Shown: positions 13,209 through 26,390 of the stretch, one piece after another
Position numbering within the stretch: the first letter of the stretch is position 1
Layout: each line of letters starts with the position of its first letter
Source of the DNA: Octopus vulgaris
Lineage: Eukaryota
Direction of reading: 5' to 3'
Assembly (NCBI GenBank): GCA_951406725.2
Contig: OX597817.1
Span: 145,266,001-145,330,000, forward strand
Length of the DNA: 64,000 nucleotides
Position numbers and translations under genes: made by a program
The notes under the pieces: generated by a model
Databases searched by the model: none
Seen by the model: the letters and a program-made list of their open reading frames with translations, nothing else
What the model was told of the DNA's origin: nothing

Positions 13209-13437
13209 AGGCGGCAAGCTAGCAGAATCGTTAGCATGCTGGATGGAATGCTTAGCGGTTATTTCGTCTGCTGCTGCGATCTGAATTCAAATTCCGCCAA
13301 GGTTGAATTTGCCTTTCATCCTCTCAGGGTTGATGAAGTAAGTACCAGCTATGCACTGGGGTCGATGTAATCGACTAGCCCCCTTCTGCCCCCCCCACCT
13401 CCAATTTCAAGGCCTCGTGCTTAGAGTAGAAATAATT
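13209..13437 (+). mobile_element. SINE family A, tail type 2, with TSD
   Basis: Flanked by an approximately 16-bp duplication attattaatttgtttc (13190-13205 and 13438-13453). Confidence 0.85.
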
Positions 13438-15203
13438 ATTATTAATTTGTTTCGTCATTTAGTGTCTGCTTTCTATGCTGGCATGGGTTGAATGGTTTGA
13501 CAGGATTAAACTAGTCTGAGGTCCGCATTGGTCTCCAATACTTGCTTTGGCAACATTTCTATGGCTTGATAACCTTCACAACACAAACCACTTTGCAGAA
13601 TAAAGTCCTGTGTGCATTTTTTTTTATGGCACCAGCAGTAGTGAGGTCCCCAAGTAACTCACTAGGCAAGACCCTTTATCTGAGTAGGGCTGCAGTATTG
13701 AGGGAGGTGAATTTGTGCCAGGTGTAATTTGTGCCAGTAAGAGAGAGGGACAGAAATAAATTCCCTGCTGCAGAGGAGTTATATGGCTAACCTAAAAGGA
13801 AAAGAAGAAGAAAGGTGAAGATGAGACATCAGGGTGAACCTTCAAGATACAATAAGGTGTATAGAGAGAAAATAGAGCAATCTGTCCCCTTTTCAGTTCT
13901 AGCTTACAACAAATAGCATTCAAGGGCGAAATAAAACAAGCATAGCCCTTACACAATGAAATTAAATTCCACACGTTATCAATATTTGCTTCTATAATAA
14001 AAATAAGGTCAACCTATTGTCGTATTGTAAATACAAATACTAATGTTATTTTATAGTAAATAGTTAATTATTTACATTACTCATTGCTTTTAATAAATGT
14101 ATATATTAATTACACTGATAATTATGATTACTTAATATATAGGATTTTATTTTAATTACTTCACACATTTGTTTTTATCCTTATTAGAGTATCCACATTA
14201 TTGTACAAGTATGGTATAAGGAGTACTGTATGTTTGTATATTAGTGACCGATTATTTGTTTGTATTAAATTATTCTGTTTGTTCCCATGTGCTTGTGTGT
14301 GTGTAGTGTGCCTTACTTCCCTGGCATTTCAATTTATTGTTGTCTTATATATATATCTAGGACAAGACAGGTTACCTCACTCTCCTCATAAATACCTAAA
14401 CTAGCTTCAATTATTTTCAACACTAAATACTTACAGCTCCCCTACTCACTCATATCCATAAACCCACCCACTTTGCTTTCATGATCTTTATTTGTCAACT
14501 GATTTCTTTCTTTCTTTCTTTTTTTTTTTGTCAACTGATATATGGGTGGGGAAGTGTGGGTGGGTGTCCTTTCTTATTTTTTTCTTCTTCTAAGTTGCTG
14601 GCTGCCTGCACAACATTAACTTATATCTACTTCAAAAGTAGTTGCTATGTGGTGTTTATAGTAAAACTGTGGACATTTCATTACTTACTTTTTCTATCAA
14701 AGCAGAATTAATGCTTGATTCTAATCAACCAAAACAAAAAAAGTTAATTTAAATATTTTAATTACAAAAGAAAAATCTTTAAATAAGCATTTATGATTAT
14801 TGTTATAAGTGGCACCCCATTTCAGTCAGGTAAGAAAAACTATAGCTGGTTTTAATCATTTTTTATATTTTATTTTCCTTTCTTTTCTATTTTATATTTA
14901 CTAAATGTAACAAAATGGTTGTCTATAGTTACCTCAGCCAATTAGCAAGAATATTCTTTTGCCAGAATAATTTTTTAAGAAATTGTATGATGATTATAGG
15001 GACAACAGCGGTGCAGCTATGTAAGTGCTCTACCTTTAATCAATTATTTAAAATCACTATAATGATGACGACTTTACACTAATGAAGGACTCTCTACAGT
15101 GTTACTCGATCTGCTAGAAACAGCAGCTAAATTTCTTTTCTGTCACACCCTGTTATCTTAAAAAGGGTGGCATCTAAAACTGCATTAATTAATGTAGTAT
15201 TAA

Positions 15204-15425
15204 CCCTTTCGTTACTGTATTTATTTTGAGATGCTCTGTGTTTCTTTCAATTAATTTTAAATATAACAAAGAATTTAGTAAAATAATTTAATTATCATTA
15301 AGCTAGTGTTAGGAACATAAATTGTGACTAAGGGTTGGTGGAAGATTTTAATTCAAAACTTATGAAAACAAGACATTTGTACTACAGAGCCAGAGCCAGT
15401 TTCAGCTGGGTTGGTAACAAAAGGG
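15204..15425. mobile_element. piggyBac-type MITE, full length (222 bp)
   Basis: TTAA at 15200-15203 and 15426-15429. TIRs ccctttcgttac / gtaacaaaaggg. Confidence 0.88.
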
Positions 15426-15585
15426 TTAAGTACATGATACCTGAGAAACAAAAAAAAATTAAGGCTGATTAGTCTTAGCAGGTATGTTTCTGATCATAAA
15501 ATTAAGGATGGCCTTGGACTAAACGACAGCAAAAACCTGTCATTTTCCCTACTTTGTCATTTATTCTGTGTTAGTGTTGTAGAAT

Positions 15586-15797
15586 CCTTTCTACTAAAGG
15601 CACAAGGCCTGAAATTTGGGGCTTGGGGACTAGTCAATTACAACGACCCCAGTGTTTCACTGGTACTTAATTTATCGACCCCAAAAGGATGAAAGGCAAA
15701 GTCGACCTCGGCGAAATTTGAACTCAGAACGTAGCGATGGTCGAAATACTTCTAATCATTTCGTCTGGCATGCTACCGATTCTGCCAGCTCGCCGCC
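15586..15797 (-). mobile_element. SINE family A, tail type 2, with a 15-bp TSD
   Basis: TSD ttagtgttgtagaat at 15571-15585 and 15798-15812. Confidence 0.9.
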
Positions 15798-16186
15798 TTA
15801 GTGTTGTAGAATATTAGTTGTAGTAATATATCCCAACCAATCATACAAAGACCATATTCTGCTCTCTACAAATAGACTAACAGAATTTTAGCATGCAATT
15901 ATCAAAGTTCTAATATTTGTTTAGATAATTCTTATCTCAATATTGACAGCTTTGGGGAATTTTTTTTTTTCCTAATATAATGATACTTTGTAATTTAACT
16001 TTGACTTGTCATCTCATCTGTCTCTTGGTGCTAAAATAATCATGGCAGATATCATGATCAGCATCATTTTCATCATCATCATCATCTTTATCATCTCTGT
16101 TACTACAGTATCAGCTACTACGATATCAAACCTGCCCTGTCATCCAACTGCTCTGCATCAGTCACTCCTGTCCCAAGACATTGTCT

Positions 16187-16838
16187 ACTCTTTTACTTAT
16201 TTCAGTCATCTGACTGTGGCCATGCTGGAGCACCGCTTTTAGTCAAGCAAATCGACCCTAAGACTTATTCTTTGTAAGCCTAGTACTTATTCTATCGACC
16301 TCTTTTTCCGAACCGCTAAGTTACGGGGACATAAACACACCAGAATCGGTTGTCAAGCGATGTTGGGAGAACAAACACAGACACACAAACATATACATAT
16401 ATACGATGGGCTTCTTTCAGTTTCCGTCTACCAAATCCACTCACAAGGCTTTGGTCGGCCCAAGGCTATAGTAGAAGACACTTGCCCAAGGTGCTATGCA
16501 CGCTGGGCGAAATGCTTAGCGGTATTTCATCTGCCGCTACGTTCTGAGTTCAAATTCCGCCGAGGTCGACTTTGCCTTTCATCCTTTCGGGGTCGATTAA
16601 AGAAGTACCAGTTACGCACTGGGGTTGATATAATCGACTTAATCCGTTTGTCTGTCCTTATTTGTCCCCACTGTGTTTAGCCCCTTGTGGGTAGTAAAGA
16701 AATAGGTACTTAATTTACCAACCCCAAAAGGATGAAAGGCAAAGTCGACCTCAGGGGAGCTTGAACTCAGAATGTAAAGACAAATGAAATACTGCTAAGC
16801 ATTTCATCCGGCACACTAGCGTTTCTGCCAGTTCGCCT
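16187..16838. mobile_element. SINE cluster: family B (-) 16187-16497, family A (+) 16498-16705, family A (-) 16704-16838
   Basis: Direct matches to the family consensus seen elsewhere in the window. Confidence 0.8.
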
Positions 16839-17330
16839 GTTAGAAAACTGATTTTGTTATGTTGGAAATGTTAATAATTGTATTGTTGTGGCCTTGAGAT
16901 GGATTCTAGCATAAATAAAATGTAACATTTTATCACAAAACAGTGCATGTGCACAGCAAAAGCAAAAACATACACAGCCTAACATCATGCTCTAATAATC
17001 GTGCCTTTCTATGTTGTTGTTTACTGCTATCTAACAATACTTCTGTGAAAGGTTTTCTCAGTAGTTTTAATGTAACATACTTATATTACCTACAAGATTG
17101 TTCATCTTGGAGTAAAGGGTTTTAGTGTCGAGTATTCTTCTTGTGACAGTCCACACAGTTACAAAAGTCGTTGTTTAGCTTCAGCTCAGCCCTAAACGAG
17201 TAGATCTATGATCAACGTTATTCCAACCATGACCCAGCCATCTATTTTTCCAGACAACTTTATCCAATGTATCCAACCTTTTTAAGAAGAGAATGATTTA
17301 GCTGTCTAGAATCTTTCTATCTTTTTTTCT

Positions 17331-17670
17331 CTCTTTTACTTGTTTCAGTCATTTGACTGCGGCCATGCTGGAGCACCACCTTTAGTCGAGCAAATCGACC
17401 CTAAGACTTATTCTTTGTAAGCCTAGTACTTATTCTATCGGTCCCTTTTGCTGAACCGCTAAGTTACGGGGACATAAACACACCAGCATTAGTTGTTAAA
17501 CGATGTTGGGGGGACAAACACAGACACACAAACACACACACACATATATTTATATATAATGGGCTTCTTTCAGTTTCCGTCTACCAAATCCACTCACAAG
17601 GCTTTGGTCGGCCCGAAGTTATAGTAGAAGACACTTGCCCAAGGTGCCACGCAGTGGGACTGAACCCAGA
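17331..17670 (-). mobile_element. SINE family B, tRNA-derived, with a CORE-like ggcaccttgggcaagtgtcttc domain
   Basis: Near full-length copy with an internal (CA/TA)n tract. The accttgggcaagt motif resembles the CORE-SINE domain. Confidence 0.85.
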
Positions 17671-18382
17671 TCTGGCCTTGTTCATATTGAAATATTAGTA
17701 CAGCTACACAATCTTTGAATTGGAATTTCAAAAAATTAAAGCTTTTTTTGTAGAGAATGTATACACGCTAAAACTTGTATTTGACACCAAACATGACTCC
17801 CACTCAATCCCGTTTATGTTTGAAGTTTTACTTGGGAATGGAAATTACACTAGTAATTTTATGAGCTGTTTTTATCTCAGTTTATGTTCCAGTTTACTAC
17901 CATACAAATAAACTGTATTATTGTTTATAGTTTTTATCCTTCTCTGAGAATATGAAATCATCATTATCTGATGTCCATTTTCCATACTGGCATAGGTCAG
18001 ATGGTTTAACAGGCACTGGCAAGTCATAAGAGTTTGCCAAGTTCTGCTGTCTGCTTTGGCATTGTTTCTGTGGCTGGAGACCCAGTATAATGCAAATAAA
18101 CAGTACTCTCCAATACTTTCACTTGGTTGTGTTTACATATGTTTTACAAAGAGTTTGATATATAGGTGTCTTGTTTAATGTGCATATTTTCTATATGTTT
18201 CTCTTAGAAGGACTACTTAGCAAAATACATGCATAAAGAAAAGTCAAAGGAAGAGCAAATTGTTCTAAGAAATCAAAAATATTTATCCCTGTGTATGATT
18301 TGTAAACTTTTGATGGCTCACTTCATTTGTTTCTCATCCTATATGTTTGGTATCTAATTTTTCTTGCTTTTATCTCTTCCAG

Positions 18383-18511
18383 AACAACCCTTTTACCGAG
18401 CTGCTGGTGTATCAGAAAGTTACCCTTATGATGTGACTGTAACACGTAGAGAACATGAAGGATTTGGCTTTGTGATAATTTCCTCTGTAAGCAAGGCAGG
18501 CTCAACAATAG
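18383..18511 (+). CDS. MAGI: MAGI exon: start of PDZ4
   Basis: tctcttccag acceptor. Encodes (E)QPFYRAAGVSESYPYDVTVTRREHEGFGFVIISSVSKAGSTI(G). Donor G|GTGAGT, phase 1 to phase 1. Confidence 0.95.
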
Positions 18512-18649
18512 GTGAGTTCATTGGTATGTGTCAGTGGACTGTAACCCCTTCTTTCTCTCACCTTTTAACCTTTCCTTTGTTTCCCAATTAACCTTGTTGT
18601 CTTTTACTATTTCTTACAAATAATAAAATAGCAACTTTTATTAGTCCTT

Positions 18650-18850
18650 CCATTTTTGTTGGCGATGATCAAGGGAGAAGACGGGACATAGTGTGTCAAT
18701 CAATCCAATGCATGCTCTGAAGGTTCTGCTACATGTCAGGCATCGGTGGTCTGCAGGGACTGAAGGCAAGGAGTTAGCTCTGGACTTGCGTTTTCTTTGT
18801 GCCCCTGCAATCCTGTTGTTTTTAGGAGGTGGTACCTCTGTTGATGCAGC
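18650..18850 (-). mobile_element. RTE/BovB-like LINE C-terminal fragment
   Basis: Minus-strand peptide QRKRKSRA...HRCLTCSRTFRACIGLI resembles the RTE C-terminal C2H2 motif (CxxCxRxFxAxIGL.SH). Confidence 0.7.
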
Positions 18851-18904
18851 TTCGGCAGGCAGGGCAGTCCTGTGCTTGCATTTCCCAGGTGTCAGGATTG
18901 ATTT

Positions 18905-19100
18905 CAATCATCATCGTCGTCATCGTTTAACGTCCGTTCTCCATGCTAGCATGGGTTGGACGGTTCGATCGAGGTCTGGGAAACCAGGAGGCTGCACCAG
19001 GCTCCAGTCTGATCTGGCAGTGTTTCTACACCTGGATACCCTTCCTAATGCCAACCACTCCGTGAGTGTAGTGGGTGCTTTTTACGTGCCACCGGCACGA
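18905..19100 (-). mobile_element. Repeat family C
   Basis: (CAT/CGT)n followed by the family consensus. Confidence 0.8.
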
Positions 19101-19434
19101 TGTTCTTCTATATATTATCGTAAATGTGTAGAAACAAACAGTATTTTGTTTTAATAAGAACCTAATTTGTTTCTGTAGTGTTAGGCAAATTAAATGTAAA
19201 TCTTTCCTAGAAACAGACTCTTTTCCTGAAATACCTGATTGGTATGGAGAAATAAGGAGGAAACTTTTCAGTTGGCAACTCAGTGTAGCAGTGAAGTATC
19301 CTTCAAAAAACTCCCTATTTTTAAAATAGGGACCAGATCTGTAGCTTAAAGATAGTTGAGCAAATATTTAATAGTGACATAAGAAAAGCTCACCTAATCA
19401 AACAAGAATTAATTAAAGCCTGAATATTGCTTAA

Positions 19435-19900
19435 CCCTTTGGTTTTATCACATTTCTGGTGAGATACTCTGTGTTTCTTTCCATTAATTTTAAATATAAA
19501 AAAGAATTTAGTAAAATAACTTAGTTATTATTAAGCTAGTATTAGGAACATAAATTTTGACTAAGGTTTGGTGGAAGATTTTAATTAAAAACTTATGAAA
19601 ACAAGACAGTTGTACTACAGAGCCAGAGCCTGTTTCAGCTGGATTGGTAACGAAAGGATTAAATTAATCACTTGTTAACCCTTTTGTTACCATATTTCTG
19701 GTGAGATGCTCTGTGTTTCTTTCCATTCATTTTAAATATAACAAAGAATTGAGTAAAATAACTTAGTTATCATTAAGCTAGTGATAGGAACATAAATTGT
19801 GACTAAGGTTTGGTGGAAGATTTTAATTCAGAACTTTTGAAAACAAGACATTTGTACCAGAGAGCCAGAAGTAGTTTCTGGCAGGCTGGTATCTGAGGGG
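19435..19900. mobile_element. Two adjacent piggyBac-type MITEs (19435-19658 and 19679-19900)
   Basis: Each is bounded by TTAA and ccctt.../...agg(g/a) ends. Same interior as 15204-15425. Confidence 0.85.
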
Positions 19901-21325
19901 TTAAAGTCAGACAGACTGGACAGCAATAGCATTAACAGCATATGTCTGCTTTCCATGCTAGCATGGGTTGGATACTTTGACAGGATCCACTGGCTCAGAG
20001 GACCACATCTTGCTCAGTTTTCACTTGATTTCTGTGTGTGGATGTCCTTTCTAATGCCAACTGCTTTATCAAGTGTTCTCGGTGCCTTTTTTTTTTCACT
20101 AATAAAGTTATCATGTAACATGCAAGACTGAAGCCTACTCTTAATAAGAAGGAGGATAGCAGGTGGGCATAAATTCAGATTTAATATTTATCAAAGAAAT
20201 TTATGGAATTTGATATTAAAAGTAAAGAAATACTGAATATAATAGTTCGTTCTTATCAATGGCTCTAAATTACCACATACATTGAACACTCCAAATCTTG
20301 ATGTATCAAAGATAAAAGGCTTACCACTGTATATGGAGCTTAGAAATTATGTAGTAGCCATCAGAAGACACTTCTATCCCACTGGTTCTTAATTCATTAA
20401 TACTATAGTATTTATGGCAACCAGCCATAAAATATTTGCTTTAGTAATTTATTCCATTGTATGATTGTGGATGGATTTAGTTATTTAGGGCTTTGATTTA
20501 TTTTAGGAAGGATAAGATCCAACTGTAGACTAATATTTTTGTGGTGAAGGCGAAAAAATGTTTTTTCACTTTATATTTTTCCTTAAAGCATGCTTTTTTC
20601 TTAACTAATTTGTTGTGGTTATTTGGTCCTTCATTTAATAATTGATGGTGTCTTAAATACACTGATTCAAATGTCGTTATAGTAATAAATTTACTTTCAC
20701 ACTATTTCTCTGTTACTATAGGATATTATCAAAAACTTTGAATCTTACTAGCAGGAACTATGCCCAATCTCCAATCTTCTAAGATATCTGTTGCTTACCT
20801 TCTTTCCATCATCATTAGTAAAATGGTCACTGTTCCTTTCAATCAAATCTCTACATTCTATCAATGCAAGAATATTCATCTCACCCTTCTGTCTTTTTGT
20901 AGATCAATTCCCAAACCCTGTACCAATAATTTTCCCCCTGTCCTTCCCTCAAAGGTTTATCCTTTATTTTCAATCTTCTGGTTGAAGCACAGCAAATTAG
21001 GCACAAGCATAGCTTTTTGGTTAAGAAGCTTGCTTCCCAACAATTGGATTCTAGGTTTATCCCTCTGCATTGCACCTTGAGCAAGTGTTTTCTACTATAG
21101 CCTCAGGCTGGCCAATGCCTTGTAAAAGGATTTGGTAGAGAGAAATTGAGAGAAACCTGTCATGCATAACTTATATGACTCAATGCCAGTACAAACTAGC
21201 TGGTCTAGATTTTACTTATGCAGATACTCTAATTATGATTTGGTGTAGTTTGTTGTATTTGATTTGAGTAAAAAATTCTGAGACCATGCACTGCTTCTTA
21301 GCATAACACAATATATATATATATA

Positions 21326-21598
21326 GGCATAGGAGTGGCTGTATGGTAAGTAGCTTGCTTACGAACTACATGGTTCCGGGTTCAGTCTCACTGTGTGGCA
21401 CCTTGGGCAAGTGTCTTCTACTATGGCCTTGGGCCAACCAAAGCCTTGTGAGTGGATTTGGTAGACAGAAACTGAAAGAAGCCCATCATATATATATATG
21501 TATATGTATATATACATATATGTCATGGGGGTCGATGTGCTCAACTAAAGGCGGTGCTCCAGCATGGCCACAGTCAAATGACTGAAACAAGTAAAAGA

Positions 21599-21599
<1 letters not shown>
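21326..21599 (+). mobile_element. SINE family B, internally deleted
   Basis: ggcataggagtggctgtatggtaagtagc head, ggttcagtc B box, CORE-like domain, tail gactgaaacaagtaaaagag. Confidence 0.85.
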
Positions 21600-21629
<30 letters not shown>

Positions 21630-23621
21630 CACACAGAGAGAGAGAGAGAGTGGTGTCTGTGTGTACCCTCATCTAGATATCATGTGATGGTTGTAAGCAA
21701 ACATCATCAATGTTCATTTCCAGTTTTCTAATCAAAACCTGTATAGCCATGGGAAAATATTAATGGAATAAAAAGAAAAGGACTAATGAATTTTTTTTCC
21801 CTGTTCACATTTCTCCCACATTTAGTCTGGGCATTAATTCATTAAATACATTCCTACATACTTGCGCAACCATCTTATTCCACACTATCCCTGTAGCCTA
21901 GTTATTGACATCATATCTTCTTCACACAAAATCCCAATAGTCCATAACACTGTCAGTGAATACAGTTTACCTAACCAAAAACATTGTGAATGGGAAACTG
22001 CTGTAAGCAGTGGTACCATGGAAATTCCGAGTCTTTCATTAGCCTGCAGCTTTTCTTGTGAGTTGGAGCCATGATAGATGCATTAACAAGCCAGCCCTTT
22101 CAATTTTATCAGAATCTTTTCAGAAAGAACCAAAACCTATTACATTGCTATTGCTCCATGTTGGCATTTCTTAAACAAATAAACTTTCTAAAAAAAATCA
22201 GTGACTGTTCTGCTTTGTGTGTTAACTTCACAGCCTCTCTGCTTCAACTTGGCAGTTTATATTTACATTGGTGTGAAAGGAAATGCATTCTAAATACATT
22301 TGAGTCAGCACATACATATATATTTCAGCTTGCTTTTGTTTTGTTTCCTGTCAAGTGTGAGGTTCTCTCTACATCTATCTTTGCAATATTGCATGCCAGA
22401 GTATTGTTAATTGTTAATGACGACATTACAGCAATGAGTTGATGATAGCCAAATGGCAGAAAATGTTACGTGTTCTGTGTATTACTGGTGGTTTACTATA
22501 AACCTTGGAAAGAGGGTAGATTCTTCTTGTTGCAGTCTATCTGAGCTTCAAATTAGGTAAAGACAAATGTGTTGCCTCTTTTAAAATCAATAAAAAAGAA
22601 AAGGAAATTTCTTGTTCTAATTAAGTTGCTGCCAAGGTTTTCTCTTTGCAAGCATGGTTATGTGATAGGTGCAGGTGTCTTCTAATAACTCCCCCCGCAC
22701 CAGGCTGACCAAAGGCTCATGAGTAGATTTAGTTGATGGTGTGTATGAGTATGTATATGCTTGTATCTCCTTCTTGTCATATCACGTAATAGTTGTAAAT
22801 GAGTGTCACTATCATACAAGTAGTTTCATTCATTTCCAGTCTTCTGCAAAGACATGTCTGGCCGTGGGAAAACATTACCTTGCTTAGAAGCAGTTGAGCA
22901 TTGGTAATAGGAAGAGTTGTAGAAAGTCTGCTTTAATAAACTCCATCCAGCCCATGCAAGCATGAAAAAGTGGACAATAAAATAATGATGATTATCATTC
23001 ACATAGGAGAGGCAGGCTTTAGTGTAAATGCAAAGTTCCTAACTGGAATTAAAAAAAAAAAACATCATCATAAGAACAAAGAATGACTGGAAAAAAAAAG
23101 GAAACCATTATCTGCCTAAAGTAGATAAAGGTTTCTTACAAAGATTCCAGAACAGAATAATTAAATTATCAGATAAAGTCATTCATTTCTTTTATTTTTT
23201 TCCCCATCTTCATACATCTAAAAAGAGGTAAAATTTATTTAGATTTTAAAAATAAACAAAAGTCATAGAGGAAGAATGGAGCTACAAAAGCTTTAGAACT
23301 CTATGATAAAACTATTCTTTGTGTTTATTCAAGTAACAATGGAATATATAAAAATTAATGCAGGGAGGAGTAACAAATAGATATGAATTAAATATTTTAT
23401 TTATTTTTGATCAGTAAAGATGACTGATATCATGGAACGTCAGATCTGTGACTGTGATGAGATTGCAAGTTTGCAAAGAAAATGTTGACATCTTGTGAAA
23501 TTATTTCAGTCAATTTTGTGTAATTGATTCAGTTGCAACATAAGGATCTCAGTTCAAGTCAAGTACTTGACAACTATGAAAGAGCCAGTACTTTACTCTT
23601 GCTAGTTTGGTACCAGTTTAT

Positions 23622-24262
23622 TCATCATCATCATCATTGTTTAACGTCCGCTTTCCATGCTGGCATGGGTTGGATGATTTGACTGAGGACTGGTGAACCA
23701 GATGGCTGCACCAGGCTCCAATCTTGATCTGGCAGAGTTTCTACAGCTGGATGCCCTTCCTAACGCCAACCACTCCGAGAGTGTAGTGGCTGCTTTTATG
23801 TGCCACCGGCACGAGGGCCAGTCAGGCGGTACTGGCAATGTCCACGCTCAAATGGTGTTTTTCACGTGCCACCTGCACAGGAACCAGTCCAGTGGCACTG
23901 GCAACGACCTCGCTTAAATGGTTTTTTCACATGCCATCAGCACAAGTGCCAGTAAGGCGGCACTGGTAACAATCACGCTCAAATAGTGCTTTTTACGTGC
24001 CACCGGCATGGAAGCCAGTCAGCTGCTCTGGAAATGATCACGCTTGGATGGTGCTCTTAGCGCTCCACAAGCATGGATGCCAGTCATCAAATTTGATTTC
24101 AATTTCACTTGCCACAACAGGTCTTCACAAGCAGAGTTTAGTGTCCAACGAAGGAAAGGTACGCATAAGTGGGCTGGTTACACACCTGGCATAGACCACG
24201 CGATTATGGCCGCATTTGGCTTGCCGGGTCTTCTCAAGCACAGCATATTTCCAAAGGTCTCA
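23622..24262 (-). mobile_element. Family C: complete RTE LINE 3' UTR with about five internal tandem units, reaching the ORF2 end
   Basis: (CAT)n tail and repeated gtgc(t)ttt..gtgccacc.gcac units. Ends in coding-like RDLWKYAVLEKTRQAK on the minus strand. Confidence 0.82.
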
Positions 24263-25149
24263 TCATTTATTATCTGTTTTCCATGCTGGTATGAGTTAGA
24301 TGGTTTGCCAAGATCTGGCAATCTCTATTATCAGCTTTGGCATGGTCTCTACAATTGAATGCCCTTTCCTAATGCCAACTACTCTATACAGTATGTACTG
24401 GATGTTTTTTTTCATGCCACCAGCACCAGTGAAGTTGCCAAATAAGTTGCAAGACAGAAAAATGTCCCTTCAATTAAAAGGGAATAGATTTAAAAGGAGG
24501 AGACTTCTTTATGGCAGGTATTGAGAGGCTGTAGTATGATAGTGGGACAAGCACAAGTGTCTTGTTATAAAGGAGATACATAACTATCTCACATTATATT
24601 AGGGTGGAAGTAGCTGAGAAGGAGATAAAGATTGCAGTAAATTGTACAAACATGCTCACACCCATCACAGCCACATTTGTGCCCAAGAATTTGAGAAAAC
24701 TGTGGCAGTAACTTGATTAGAACTATTTCTTTGTTTCTTATTGATTTTTATTAAAAAGATACATTTGTCAGTACCTAATTTGAAGCATAACTAGACTGCA
24801 ACAGGTAGAATTTACCATTTTCCCAAAATTTGCAGTAAACCACCTCTAATGCACAAATGGTATTAATCAATGTTTGATATTACACTCTATGTACAGTAAA
24901 TAGTACAGTTGCTTCACTGGTTTGGGAACAGGGGATGCAAAGGTACCCTCTAAAATTTGAGGGTGGGGAAATGAAAATGCTTTGAACGTCCTCCTGAAAA
25001 ATTTTGTCACCAAATGAACAAGCATAGAAATATTTTTGGACTGATTTGAAATATTACTGCCACAAAATTTCAGGACTTGCACCTTTAGTAGAAATTATTA
25101 TTATTATTATTATTATTATCATCTTCATCCTCCATTATTATTATTATTG

Positions 25150-25561
25150 TCATCATCATCAGTATCCATCATTTTGAATCTGGGTTTTGTCCCCGTTAAT
25201 GGGGGTGGCCAGATCTACCTCAATGCCATAGCAACCGCCCTCACACCATCTCACCAGGTTTTGGGCGTCCCCTCGTCTCAAGCCAACCCTCCCAATCTCC
25301 TCCTCCATCTGTCCCCTCCACATTTTCCTCAGTCTATCTTGCTTTCGCTATCCATTCATCTCAAACTCTAACAGCTTCCTCAGAACATACTCCTCATCCC
25401 TCCTCAACACATGCCCATACCACCTCACTCCATTTGCCCTTGCCAGCCATTCCATCGATTCCTCCAACTCCAGCATCCCCATCAAGTCCTCAGTCCTCCT
25501 CTTATCAAACAGCCTCACACCACACATTTCTCTCACCATTGCTCTCTCTCAGTCCTTCTCA

Positions 25562-25570
<9 letters not shown>
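25150..25570 (-). mobile_element. RTE-clade LINE 3' fragment
   Basis: ORF 25348-25539: MVREMCGVRLFDKRRTEDL...VRWYGHVLRRDEEYVLRK, the typical RTE C-terminal RWxGHVxR region, followed by a (GAT/AAT)n tail. Confidence 0.85.
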
Positions 25571-25604
<34 letters not shown>

Positions 25605-26093
25605 ATGTTTTATATTGATATTAAGATTTTTCTTTAAATCAACCTTGTATGTAAAAATAATTTTGAACCTGGGTTTGAACCCCTACCAGCAAATTTCAGT
25701 GTCCTGCTCAGGTGTTGGTTATAGGTTTTTAACGACGAGACCATCACTGATATACTGCATTTCTTGTAGCAGATGTAAGAAAAATGTTAATGCAGTGAAT
25801 CTCAAAAAAAATCTTCATTCCTATAGCATCATTTATATAGTTTTCATGCTGGTGTTTCACATCCATTTCCTGTTATGCATCACTGCTCTATGTGTGTGTG
25901 TGTGCATTGACAGTGGAAGTTTGTAGAATAAGAGTGAAAGGAAATTCTTATTCTTTGGCATCAAAGATGGCAAAGAAAGGAAATACCAGGCAATATATTA
26001 GACTTATGGCAGCATGGAAAAAAATTGTTAAAAATTTGAGGATGAGGATAATGAAGATGATGATGGTGCTGATTTGGATTTCAAATAATTTGA

Positions 26094-26390
<297 letters not shown>

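Noticed and set aside
23760-24080. Regularly spaced repeats with variable intervening sequence, superficially like a CRISPR array
   Set aside because: The context is a eukaryotic intron, the units are degenerate tandem copies including the intervening parts, they lie in a LINE 3' UTR, and there are no cas genes.
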